Below the pieces are notes generated by a model, which had not been told where the DNA came from, did not search any database, and worked only from the letters and a program-made list of their open reading frames with translations. A program made the position numbers and the translations under genes. From Octopus sinensis (lineage: Eukaryota), in assembly GCF_006345805.1 (NCBI RefSeq), contig NW_021832066.1, positions 1 to 33,575 on the forward strand: 33,575 nucleotides of DNA, in the 5' to 3' direction. The first letter of the stretch is position 1. Each line of letters opens with the position of its first letter. This document shows, one piece after another, positions 1-11,639 of the stretch.

Positions 1-3000
1 ATGATGTCGAAAGGGCAGCTGCTGAGCAACAATCTTTTTGTGCATGGCACAAAAGATTGTACAGCAGCTGACCTGGCTTCATCAAACCACGGTGGGGGAC
101 TACCCACTATATACCAGACCACCACAGCAAACAGACCCAGGATGGACACCACGGCAACAACGTACACCTCACCTCGATGCTCCTACTGAACATCAGAGGA
201 CTGCAAACACTCAGTAACAGGACAAAAATCCCGTTCCTGAGAGACTTGTTGCATGCAATCAAGCCTTATGCATAGCACTTACGGAAACGCACCTGAAACC
301 GGATATAGCAGATGCGGAGTTACACATACCACAGTATGCTGTACTACGGACCGACAGGAAAGAAGGAGTCATGGAGGTGTTGCTATGTACATCCGTGAGG
401 ACCTCACACCCAGGTCCTCTTGTCATACTCAAACTCGGTGTGTGACACACTAATTGTACATATTAGGCAACTTGATGTAGTTGTGTGTGCTACATATCGC
501 CCTCCAGATGCCCCAGCCATGTGGGCAAGTTTGAAGACTGCCTTATAAAAATAGAGAAGTTCTAACCACATTAGAACAACACATAAGTGTACTTCTTATG
601 GGAGACTTCAATCTGCCCAATGTCAGATGGCCCGAGGGCCTTTCTCTCCCAGGAATGACAAGATGTGAATGAGGACAGGCGAGGTCCCTCCTGAACCTCA
701 TCAACACCCTGTACATGGAGCAGGTAATACTCCAACCAACCAGGGCAGGTAACACACTGGATCTCTGCTTCACAAATGACATGGATCTCATCCATAATGT
801 GAAAGTGACACCAACACTACTCTCGGATCACAACATGATAGAGCTGACCATGTACGGGCCAAAAGAGAGCACAGACATGCAGCCTACAAGAAACCCTCAG
901 AATCTTTCCAGCTTGAACTACCATAAGGCAAACTGGAAACAAATTGAGAAAGAGATCCTCAAACAAAACTGGCCTGAATATCTCTCCTCGCCGGACATCG
1001 ACATGAAACTTCAACAATTCATGTCTGTAATGCAAGCCATATGCTACAAATGTGTCCCAGAGAGAAAGGCCACTGTACACAAGAACAAAATCCCCAGAGA
1101 GAGGAAAATTTTAATGAGACGGCGTACAAAATTTTCAAATCGCCTAAACAAACAGATTGAAAGCAGTGAAAAGTCCCGCCTAAAAATAAAACTGTTGGAA
1201 ATCGAAAAATGTCTGCAACTCTCCATGAAAAGGAAGAGCAGACAAAGAAACCTGGGCTATAGACAACATAAAATCTAACCCCAGAGCTTTCTACAGGTAT
1301 GCCAAAGAAACAGCTACGGTGCACTGTAGAATAGGGCCACTCCTCGAAAAGGATGGCACACTTACAGGAAAACCAATGAGGGTAAATGAAATACTGAATG
1401 AGCAATTCAAGAGTGTTTTCACTCCACCCCTTGGGTATCTCCAAATCACCAATCCAACTGACTTTTTTACCAGTGCAGATATAAAATCAGAGGCGGCGAC
1501 GATAGATTACATCGATATAAAGGAAGACGATGTAATCAAGGCTATAGATGAAATGAAAACAGACTCAGCTACTGGCCCCGATGGATTCCCGGCAATCCTC
1601 CTAAAAGCATGTAAGAGAGTCCTAGCAAGACCACTGCAGTTCCTCTTTCAGAGCTTCCTTGCAGCTGGCAAACTCCCAAGAAAACTGAAGGAAGGTAAAA
1701 TATGCCCCATTCATAAAGGAGGTAGCAGAGCGGAAGCCAAGAATAATAGACCTATCTCTCTGACCTCACACATCAGCAAGGTCATGGAATGAATAGTCAG
1801 AAGGAAGCTGATCACCTTCCTTGAAGAGAATGACTTGCTACCCGACACCCAACATGGTTTCCGACCAGGGAGAAGCTGTTTAACTCAGCTCCTACAACAC
1901 TATGACTGGGTGCTGAAACGGCTGCTCAACCACTCAAATGTGGAAGTCATATATCTCGACTTTGCAAAGGCGTTTGATAAAGTCGATCATAGAATGATAT
2001 GTCACAAACTGCGTGATCTCAACATAGTTGGAAAACTGGGAGAATAGCTTCATGACTTGCTGAAAGATAGAAGTCAGGTGGTAGTGGCCAATGGGCCCAC
2101 TTCCATTAACATGCAAATAGTGAGCGGTGTTCCGCAGGGCACTGTTCTGGGACCACTACTGTTCATAATGGCCCTCTCAGACATGCCCTCAGCCACGCAG
2201 AGAGCCACGATCACAAATTATGGAGATGATACAAAAGTTTCACAGGCAATACAGAACCCTGAGGACACTAAACACCTGCAATGTGAGCTAGACAAAATAT
2301 ACAAGTGGGCCGAAAAGAATAGCATGCAGTTCAATGCTGAAAAGTTTCAAGCTCTATACTATCAGCTTGCAAAACTAAATGCAATACCCAATGAATACAC
2401 TGGACCCGGAGGAATAGCAATCCCAGAGGCACAATCAGTGCGTGACCTAGGTATTTACATGAGTGATGACGCGACCATTCGTGTACATGTTGCTAAATTG
2501 GCAATGAAATGTAGACGACTGGCCGGATGGATCCTCAGAACCTTTAGAAAAGGGGACCAAAAAACCATGATGGTCCTCTGGAAGACACTTGTCCTAAGCC
2601 ACTTTGACTACTGCTCTCAGTTATGGTCACCATCCAGTGTCAAGTTGATCACAGAGCTCGAGGCGATCCAACGTAGCTACACGAAGAAGATAGCCTCTAT
2701 GCAGAATGTAAGCTACTGGGAAAGACTCAAGAGATTAAAACTATATTCCCTGGAGCGTAGGCGGGAAAGATATGCCATAATATACATCTGGAAGATCCTG
2801 GAGGGAAGTGTCCTGAACTTTGGCATCGAGAGTTACGCAAATGCCAGAACTGGGCGCCACTGCGTGGTGCCTAGGACTCCAAACGTGCTATCAAGTTGTA
2901 GGACAAGATAGCCTGGGCTTCCGAGGCCCACAGCTCTTCAATATCCTCCCGAAGAACCTGAGAGACCTGCATGGGGTGGATGCAGATGTCTTTAAAATGA

Positions 3001-3212
3001 AGCTGGATCTCTTCCTGTCAGGTGTCCCAGATGAACCAACTTCACGGCAGGAGGGGCAGATGAGGGCAGCTGCATCGAACTCTCTCATGCACCAAATGGC
3101 AGTTGCTAGAAAGCTTTCGTGAAGTGAAACCAAGTAGCAACACCAAATGGCGGTGCCCCAGCATGGTCACAGCTCATAAGCTGAAACTAGAATCAATCAA
3201 TCAATCAATCAA
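1..3212 (+). mobile_element. Non-LTR retrotransposon (LINE) of the CR1/L2 group; 5' part probably extends beyond the window; ends in (AATC)n
   Basis: APE endonuclease and RT motifs across several frames, a short 3' UTR (3123-3190) and an (AATC)n tail at 3191-3212. The C-terminal motifs SLERRRERY and LFNILPKNLR...FKMKLDLFL are typical of CR1/L2-group ORF2. Confidence 0.9.
177..3122 (+). pseudogene. Disrupted LINE ORF2 (APE endonuclease + reverse transcriptase)
   Basis: Manual translation gives LLNIRGL, IALTETHL, GGVAMYI, MGDFNLP, PTRAGNTLDLCF and SDHNMI (APE), then GPDG, RPISLTS, QHGFRPGRSC, YLDFAKAFDKVDH, SGVPQGTVLGPLLF and YGDDTK (2219-2230; YADD variant). Frameshifts and in-frame stops are present (e.g. 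TGA 1790-1792, TAG 2045-2047). Confidence 0.9.
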
Positions 3213-3259
3213 TATATATATATATATATATATATTCATATATATATATATATATATAT
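3213..3259. repeat. (TA)n microsatellite with one TTCA interruption
   Basis: Directly visible; separates the two LINEs. Confidence 0.95.
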
Positions 3260-3378
3260 GAAGTCAAGTTGGAAGAGAGATCAAAAGAAAAATACCACGA
3301 AAACTATCACCACCACAACAACCCTCCTCTTCTCAGGCGCCGAATCCCCCCCGTCCCCCCCACATCTCCTTCCCAGTT

Positions 3379-6300
3379 TTCAGAGTTGGCACTATCAATG
3401 TTGTACATTGACAGGCAAGTCTAGTGAGATTGTAGAGATGCTAGAGAGAAGACAGGTTGATGTATGCTGCATACAAGAGGTAAGATGGAGAGATGCTTCG
3501 GCTAGGGTCCTCACGGGCAAGGCACTTAGGTACAAACTCTACTGGCAAGGTAACGCGGAAGGTGTAGGGGGTGTAGGCATTCTCCTTGCGGGAGGAATGG
3601 GTGGATAAGGTCATAGAGGTTGTCAGGGTTGTGATAGAGTGCTTAAGCTCAGGTTGGTCCTACAGGGTGGCACAGCTATGATTATCTCAGCCTATGCCCC
3701 ACAGCGGGACTACCAAATGATCAGAAGGACAACTTTTATGATACCCTTCTGCAGGCTACTTCAAAGACTAGTAATAAGGACCTCATCTTTGTAGGTGGAG
3801 ATTTTAATGGGCATGTTGGGCGGGAATCGGGTATCTTCACTGGGGGTACATGGTGGCTATGGTATTGGCACCAGAAATGGAGGGAACTAGACTGCTGGAA
3901 TTCTGTGATGCATGTAACCTTTCAATCTGCAACACTAACTTCAAGAAGCCAGTCTGCCACCTTATAACTTATCAGTCAGAGACTCCGCTAGCCAAATAGA
4001 CTTCATCCTCACCAGACAACGGGATGCAGGGTTGCTCTTGAATACAAAGACCCTCCGGGTGAAGAATGTATCCCTCAGCATAGACTAATCATCAGTGACT
4101 TTAAGCTTGAGGCCAGAAGGACTCCAAGAAACAAACCAATCCAGAAGAAGGATTTGGAGGCTAAAGAACCCTTCGCATGGTCAGAATTTAGGGACATACT
4201 CATCAAGAAATTTGTGATGAGAGGAGGAGGAGGAGCTTCAGACGTCAGACATAGAAGGTAGCTGGGAATTCCTACGGGACAGCTTGTTGAGTGCCACAGA
4301 CCAAGTCTGTGGATGGTGCAAAGTCCCTTCCAGACCTAGAATACGTGGTGGTGGAATAGTGCAGTAGATAAAGCCATCTGTGAAAAGAGACGGGCCTGGA
4401 AAGCCTGGAAGGATGGGGGCAGCAGGGAACTGTACCAGATAGCCAAAAGGGAGGCTGGGCGGCAGGTCTACATTGCAAAGATGCAGCAGAAAAGAAGAAG
4501 TTTGCCAATGTCCAGCGTCGCGAGGATCAAAGAGCCGAAGTATTTCGGATTGCCAGACAGTGTGTCAGAGAAAATAGCGATGTTATAGGAGAGAAATGTG
4601 TCCGCATGGATGATGGGGCACTTGCTTTTACTACTAGTGAAAAGAAAGAGGCTTGGAGAAGCCATTATGAAAGACTGCTGAATGAGGAGAATGAATGGGA
4701 GGAGGAGAGCCTGCCAAATGTTGACCCAGTAGAGGGACCAGCTTCCCGAATAGACAGCTCCCTTGTAGATAAGGCAATTAAGGATATGAAACCAGGCAAA
4801 GCCCCTGGCCTATCAGGAATCAATGCTGAGATGCTTAAAACAGCTGGCTATGTGGGCTATGCCATAGTCACCCGCATTGTAAACCAGGTAGTTCACAATG
4901 GAGTCATACCCAATGACTGGTGCAGCAGCACCATAGTCAACTGCTACAAGGGTAAGGGTGATGCTCTAGATAGAAATAACTACAGAGGCATCAAACTGTT
5001 GGACCAGGTGATGAAGGTCTCAGAGAAGGTCATAACCAATCTCATTAGGGAGAGAATTTGTTTAGATGAAATGCAGTTTGGTTTTGTACCAGGTAGAAGC
5101 ACCACTGATGCTATATTCCTGGTCCGACAACTGCAGGAGAAGTACCTAGCTAAAGATAAACCCCTCTACATAGCTTTTGTAGACTTGGAGAAAGCCTTTG
5201 ACAGGGTTCCCCGTTCCCTTATCTGGTGGTCGATGCGGAAACTGGAGATTGAAGAATGGCTAATAAGGGCTGTACAGGCTCTATACAGAGAGGCTGTCAG
5301 CAAGGTTAGGATTGGCAACGAATATAGTGAAGAATTCCGGGTAGAAGTAGGTGTGCACCAGGGCTCAGCCCTCAGTCCCCTTTTATTCATCATAGTCCTT
5401 CAAGCAATAACAGAGGAATTCAAAACGGGATGCCCCTGGAGCTCCTCTATGCGCCGATGACCTAGCTCTCATAGCAGAATCACTACCGGAACTAGAAGAG
5501 AAATTTCGGGTGTGGAAGCAAGGGTTGGAATCAAAGGGCCTTAGAATAAATGTAGCAAAGACCAAAGTATTAGTAAGCAACAAGAGGTACTCAGCACACA
5601 TCCCCTCGGGTAGGTGGCCCTGCTCAACCTGTAGGAAAGGTACAGGTAGAAACTCCATAAGATGCCCCAATGTAAGTTATGGACACATAAGAGGTGCAGC
5701 AACATTAAAGGGAAATTAACAGATAAGATAGCTTTCATGTGCGGCAGATGCACAGGGACAATAGACACAACAGACACTCAGAAAACAGATTCCATCACAC
5801 TCCAGGGAGAGAAACTAGAAGTAGTTGATAGTTTCCGCTACCTGGGTGACCAAGTTAGTAGCGGAGGTGGATGCACAGAGTATCACCACTAGAATACGAA
5901 TAGCCTGGGCAAAGTTCAGAAAGCTCCTACCCCTACTGGCAACAAAAGGTCTCTCCCTCAGAGCAAAAGGTAGTGTATGATGCAGTGTGCGAACTGCCAT
6001 GCTTCATGGTAATGAAACATGGGCTGTGACTGCAGAAGACATGCGTAGACTTGAAAGAAATGAAGCTAGCATGATCCGCTGGATGTGTAGTGTCAGTGTG
6101 CACGCGCAAAACAGAGTGTAAGTATCCTGAGAGAAATGCTGGATATAAGAAGCATCAGATGTGGTGTGCAAGAGCGACGCTTGCGATGGTATGGTCATGT
6201 GCTGCGGATGGATGAAGAGAGATGTGTGAAGAAGTGCCACTCCCAAACAGTTGAAGGTATCAGGGGGAGAGGTAGACCAGGAAGGAAGACATGGGATGAA

Positions 6301-6393
6301 GTGGTCAAGCATGACCTCAGAACATTGGGCCTCACTGAGGCAATGGCGAAGGACCGAGATCTCTGGAGATATGCTGTGACTACAAAGACCCGG
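3379..6393 (+). pseudogene. Frameshifted RTE ORF (APE endonuclease, RT, PHD-like finger)
   Basis: FRVGTINV.TLTGK, DVCCIQEVRW, ISAYAPQ, GGDFNGHVG, NTNFKK, SQIDFIL (APE). Then YRGIKLL, QFGFVPGRSTTDAIF, FVDLEKAFDRVPR, GVHQGSALSPLLF, a disrupted YADD (~5448-5461), VDSFRYLG, RLRWYGHVLRM, RGRGRP.KTW and DRDLWR. Ends are approximate. Confidence 0.92.
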
Positions 6394-6434
6394 ACTGCTT
6401 TCTGCAGCAATTCCACATACCCCCTACCCATTCT

Positions 6435-6501
6435 AAGTACCCCGGATCCCCAAAGTACCCTGGATCCCCAAAGTACCCCGATCCCCAAAGTACCCCGGAC
6501 C
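6435..6501 (+). repeat. Tandem 18-bp minisatellite (AAGTACCCCGGATCCCCA), ~3.8 copies, in the RTE 3' UTR
   Basis: Units start at 6435, 6453, 6471 (17 bp) and 6488 (partial). Confidence 0.9.
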
Positions 6502-6776
6502 TCGTTGCCCCCGTGCCGCTGACACGTTAAAATGCTCGAACCGATCGTGACGATGCCGGACCCTCCGGCCTCTGTGCAGGTGGCACGTAAAAAGCACCCA
6601 ATCCACTCACGGAGTGGTTGGCGTTAGGAAGGAAGGGCATCCAGCCGTAGAAACTCTGCCAGATTCAGACTGGAGCCTGGAGCGGCCCCTGGCTTCCCAG
6701 ACCCGGTCGAACCGTCCAACCCGTGATAGCGGGAAAGCGGACGTTAAACGATGATGATGATGATGATGATGATGAT

Positions 6777-8249
6777 ATATATATATATATTCTATATAAT
6801 ATATATATTTCATATATATATATATATTCATATATATATATATATATTCATATATATATATATTCATATATATGTATATATATATTCATATATATATATA
6901 TCATATATATATATATTTCATATATATATTATTCATATATATATATATTCATATATATATATATTCATATAGTATAGATATTCATATAATATATATATTA
7001 ATATATATATATATTCATATATATAGATATTCATATCTATATAGTATTCATATCTATATATATTATCATATATATATATTATATATATATATATATTCAA
7101 TATATAATATATATTATTCATATATATATATATTCATATATATATTCATATATAATATATTCATATTATATATATTCATATATATATATATATTCATATA
7201 TATTCATATATATATATATTCATATATATATAGATATATTCATATATATATTCATATATATATATATATTCATATATATATTCATATATATATATATATA
7301 TTCATAATATATATATATTCATATATATATTATATTCATATTATATATATAGATATTCATATATAAAATATATATTCATATATATATATTCATAATATAT
7401 ATATATATATATTCATATATATATATATATATATATATTTCATATATATGTATTCATATATATATATATATCATATATATATATATATTCATATATGTAT
7501 TCATATATATTATATATTCATATATATATATATATTCATATATATATATATTCATATATATATATATGATTCAGATGTATATATATATTCATATATATAT
7601 ATATATTCATATATATATATATTCATATATAGTATATATGTATTCATATGTATATATCTATTCATATATATATATATATTCATATATATATATATTATAT
7701 AATATATGTATCATATATATATATATATTCATATATATAGATATATATTCATATATATATGATATTCAATATATATGTATTCATATATATATTATATTCA
7801 ATATAATATATATATTCATATATAATATATTCATATATATATATATATCATATAGATATATATATATTCATATATATATATATATTCATAGATATATATT
7901 CATATATAATATATATATTCATTATATATAGTATATATTCAATATATATATATATATTCATATATATATATATATTAATATATATATATAATATATATTC
8001 ATATATATATATATATAATATATATTCATATATATATATATATATATTCATATAATATATAATATAATATTTATATATATATGATATTATGCATATATAT
8101 ATATATATCATTATATATATATATATTCATATATATATATATATTCATATGTATATATATATATATATAATTCATATAATATCATTCATATGTATATATA
8201 TATATATTATATTCATATATATATACATTCATATATATATATATCTATC

Positions 8250-8287
<38 letters not shown>

Positions 8288-8720
8288 TCATATATATTCA
8301 TATATAATATATATTCATATATATATATAATATTCATATATAATATATATATTCATATATATATATATATTCATATATATATATATATATATATTCATAT
8401 ATATATATACATTCATATATAATATTATATATATTCATATATATATATACATATTCATATATATATATAGTATATATATATTGATATATATATATATATA
8501 TTCATATATATATTCATATATAATATATTCATATATATATATATTATATATATATATATATTCATATATATATAGATATTGATATATATATATATATATT
8601 CATATATATATTCATATATATAATATATATATTCATATATATATAATATTGATATATATATATATATTCATATATAATATATATATCACATATATATATA
8701 TATATGTATTCATATATATA
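6777..8720. repeat. Compound satellite [TTCA(TA)n]m
   Basis: Directly visible; TA runs punctuated by TTCA. Confidence 0.97.
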
Positions 8721-8915
8721 GGCACGGGAGTGGCTGTGTGTTAAGCAGCCTGTCTACCAACCACATTGTTCCGGGTTCAGTCCCACTGCGTGGCACCTTG
8801 TGCAAGTGTCTTCTACCATAGCTTCGGGCCGACCAAAGCCTTGTGAGTGGATTTGGTAGACAGAAACTGAAAGATGCTCGTCGTATATATATATATATAT
8901 ATATGATATATATAT

Positions 8916-8948
<33 letters not shown>

Positions 8949-9171
8949 GCATTTGTGTGTTTGTGTGTCTGTGTTTGTCCCTCTAGCATTGGTTGACAAC
9001 CGATGCTGGTGTGTTATGTCCCCGTCACTTAGCGGTTCGGCAAAGAGAGACGATTGAATAAGTACTGGGCTTACAAAAAGAATAAGTTCCGGGGTCGAGT
9101 TGCTCGATTATAGGCGGTGCTCCAACATGGCCGCAGTCAAATGACTGAAACAAGTAAAAGAGTAAAAGAGT
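8721..9171 (+). mobile_element. tRNA-derived SINE (family 1) with internal (TA)n
   Basis: A-box-like TGGCTGTGTGTT and B-box-like GGTTCAGTCCC; near-identical to 28821-29234; (AGTAAAAG)n tail. Confidence 0.9.
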
Positions 9172-9811
9172 ATATATATATATATTCTATATATATATAT
9201 ATATTCATATATATATATTCATATATAATATATATATATTATACATATTATATATATATATTATATATATATATATTCATACATATATATATATATTCAT
9301 ATATATATATATTCATACAATATATATATATATATATTCATATATATATATATTCATATATATATATATATATTATATATATATATTCATATATATATAT
9401 TCATATATATATATTCATATATATATATATATATATATTATATAGAATTTATATATATATATTCATATATATATATTCATATATATATATTCATTATATA
9501 TATATTCACATATATATATATATTCATATATATATATCATATATATATATTCATCATATATATATATATTCATATATATATATTCACATAATATATATTC
9601 ATATATAATATATATATTCACATATATATTTCATATATATATATCATATATATATATATATTCATATATATCTATATTCATATATATATATATATTCATA
9701 CATATATATATATTCATATATATATATTCATATATATAGATATATATATTCATATATATATATTCATATATATAGATATATATATTCATATATATATATA
9801 TATATTCATAT
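9172..9811. repeat. Compound satellite [TTCA(TA)n]m
   Basis: Directly visible. Confidence 0.97.
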
Positions 9812-10993
9812 TGTTACAACACACAGGGTGGGACCTCCACGATTCGAACTGTTACGGAAATCCTCATACACAGGCCCGTTCGATGCAGCGAATAAGCTAT
9901 GGAAACTCGTCAGAGAGAGGAGAGAGAGAGACACAACCGCAGCAAGGCAACAGAGACACAGAGAGGCAACCGAGAGAGACACCAAAAGAGGCAAGGCAAA
10001 ACGGCAACACTGGCTTACATTCAACAACTAGTTTATACGACAATCAATGGTTACAACATCAAAGCATTTAAGGCAAACATTTAAAGGAGGACATGCATGT
10101 GACTACTCAATATAACAGTCCGGTAACGACACAACAAGTCATATATATCAGCAACAGATCAAAGCATTATAACAACAGCAAGTAACAATATAACAGTATT
10201 TCAAAGGTACACGTCCGAAGACAACAGTTCTATTTCAAATCACTTCAACAGATAATGTTCACTGTTCTTTTGCAAAACATATCACAGATAACGTCACATC
10301 AACAAGTCCTTTACTGTTCTTTTCACTGTTCAATACACCAATTCTTTTCACTGTCTCTTTACACCGTGACACGTATCAATACATAATCAAATACCTTAAT
10401 TCCTAACTGAATCGCCAGTGTCCCATGTTGCACTCATCTCTCTCTCAATCTATTAACTCCAGCTTGCCAAACTCCTGCATCCCAACGCTTGCTCCTAAGA
10501 TTCCACCTACTCACTCTGACTTCCAGAATCCAACTGTACCCTTCGCCGACCGACTACCGACTGCCCAAAACCTCACTTGCTCTACTCCTTCTTCCCACTC
10601 CCCTCATTTCCCTCTGTCTCTACTCTTATAGCCTCTCTATCTGCCCTCTGATTCCTTACTCTATCTTTATCCTCAATCTGTCCCTTAGCCTTATACTCTA
10701 TCTCTCTCACTACTTTTCTTCTCTCTGCCCCTCATCCTCTCTCACCGCCAATATCCTCTCTATCTGCTCTCAGCCCTACTGCCTATCTCTCTCACGACAG
10801 CTCTCAGATCCCTTAATCTGTCTTCCTCTTCCACATTCTCTCTGACCCCTTCTCGACAAGCACAGGCCAAAGGTCCCACCCAAACCCCATTAATCTCCCA
10901 GCAAACAAAGGACTGTTACTTTTTACTCCAGTCCTGCCGGCACCATTATTCCAAAGTGGGTCACCAAGAACTGCACTGGCCAAACTCATAACA
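9812..10993. mobile_element. Probable solo LTR (1182 bp)
   Basis: Begins TGTTA and ends TAACA (TG...CA, 5-bp terminal inverted repeat). ATAT lies on both sides (possible 4-bp TSD, weak because it is in TA repeats). No coding motifs; sharp edges against the satellite. Confidence 0.7.
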
Positions 10994-11088
10994 ATATATA
11001 TATCTTCATATATATATATATATATTCATATATATATATATATTCATATATATATCTTCATATATATATATATTCATATATATATAAT
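10994..11088. repeat. Compound satellite [TTCA(TA)n]m
   Basis: Directly visible. Confidence 0.95.
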
Positions 11089-11179
11089 ATTAATTCGAGA
11101 CAAAACCACTATTTTGCAAATCAAACAAGGAAAGACTTAATCAATACATAAAATATTTTAATATAAAGTAAATAAACCA

Positions 11180-11223
11180 CCACTACAATTGTTTCATGTC
11201 TTCAAATGACATTCGTCAGGTGG
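11180..11223 (-). ncRNA. Minimal type I hammerhead ribozyme
   Basis: The minus strand reads CCAC-CUGACGA-AUGUC-AUUUGAA-GACAU-GAAA-C-AAUU-G-UA-GUGG. It has an intact core (CUGANGA, GAAA, UH), stem I CCAC/GUGG, stem II AUGUC/GACAU and a very short stem III with a palindromic loop. Confidence 0.9.
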
Positions 11224-11639
11224 ATTTCCGATCTAAAAATATCAATATTTTAAAATATAAGTTTAAAATAATAAAATTATCAATGAAAGAATATAAATAT
11301 ATATAATCTATATATAATCTATATATAATCAATATATAATCTAAAATAAATCCTATAAACAATTGAATATAAAGAAACCTATTATTAAAGTTCTCATATT
11401 TAAAGATGTACAAAAAACAAAAAACAAAAAACAAGATAAAAATAAACTATATATACACACATGCTCATACACGTATATCTAAGTATATATAACCATATCT
11501 AAATACATACACTAACTCACACACCTATATATATATCTCTATACATACACATAAAAACGTCTAGGCAACGATAAATTAATAAAATAGCCAAATACTTCAA
11601 CACATTACTTATTCATACTCCCTCACACACACATACAAC

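Larger units (their letters stand above)
3260..6776 (+). mobile_element. RTE-clade LINE, near full length, with 3' UTR and (GAT)n tail
   Basis: Single APE-RT ORF remnant, ~350 bp 3' UTR ending GGACGTTAAAC(GAT)n at 6739-6776, with TA satellite on both sides. The 5' boundary is approximate. Confidence 0.92.

Noticed and set aside
1-189. 62-aa ORF as the possible end of LINE ORF1
   Set aside because: The position fits, but no diagnostic motif could be confirmed.
8721-8797. tRNA-like sequence with A and B boxes
   Set aside because: It is the head of a multi-copy SINE; I could not build a complete cloverleaf.
6607-9608. Many Ile/Tyr/His-rich ORFs (also near 17514-17740, 30628-30876 and 32722-33380)
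   Set aside because: They are translations of TA/CA microsatellites, not genes.
9806-10845. Short ORFs within the putative solo LTR
   Set aside because: Low-complexity GA/CT-driven frames with no gag/pol motifs.
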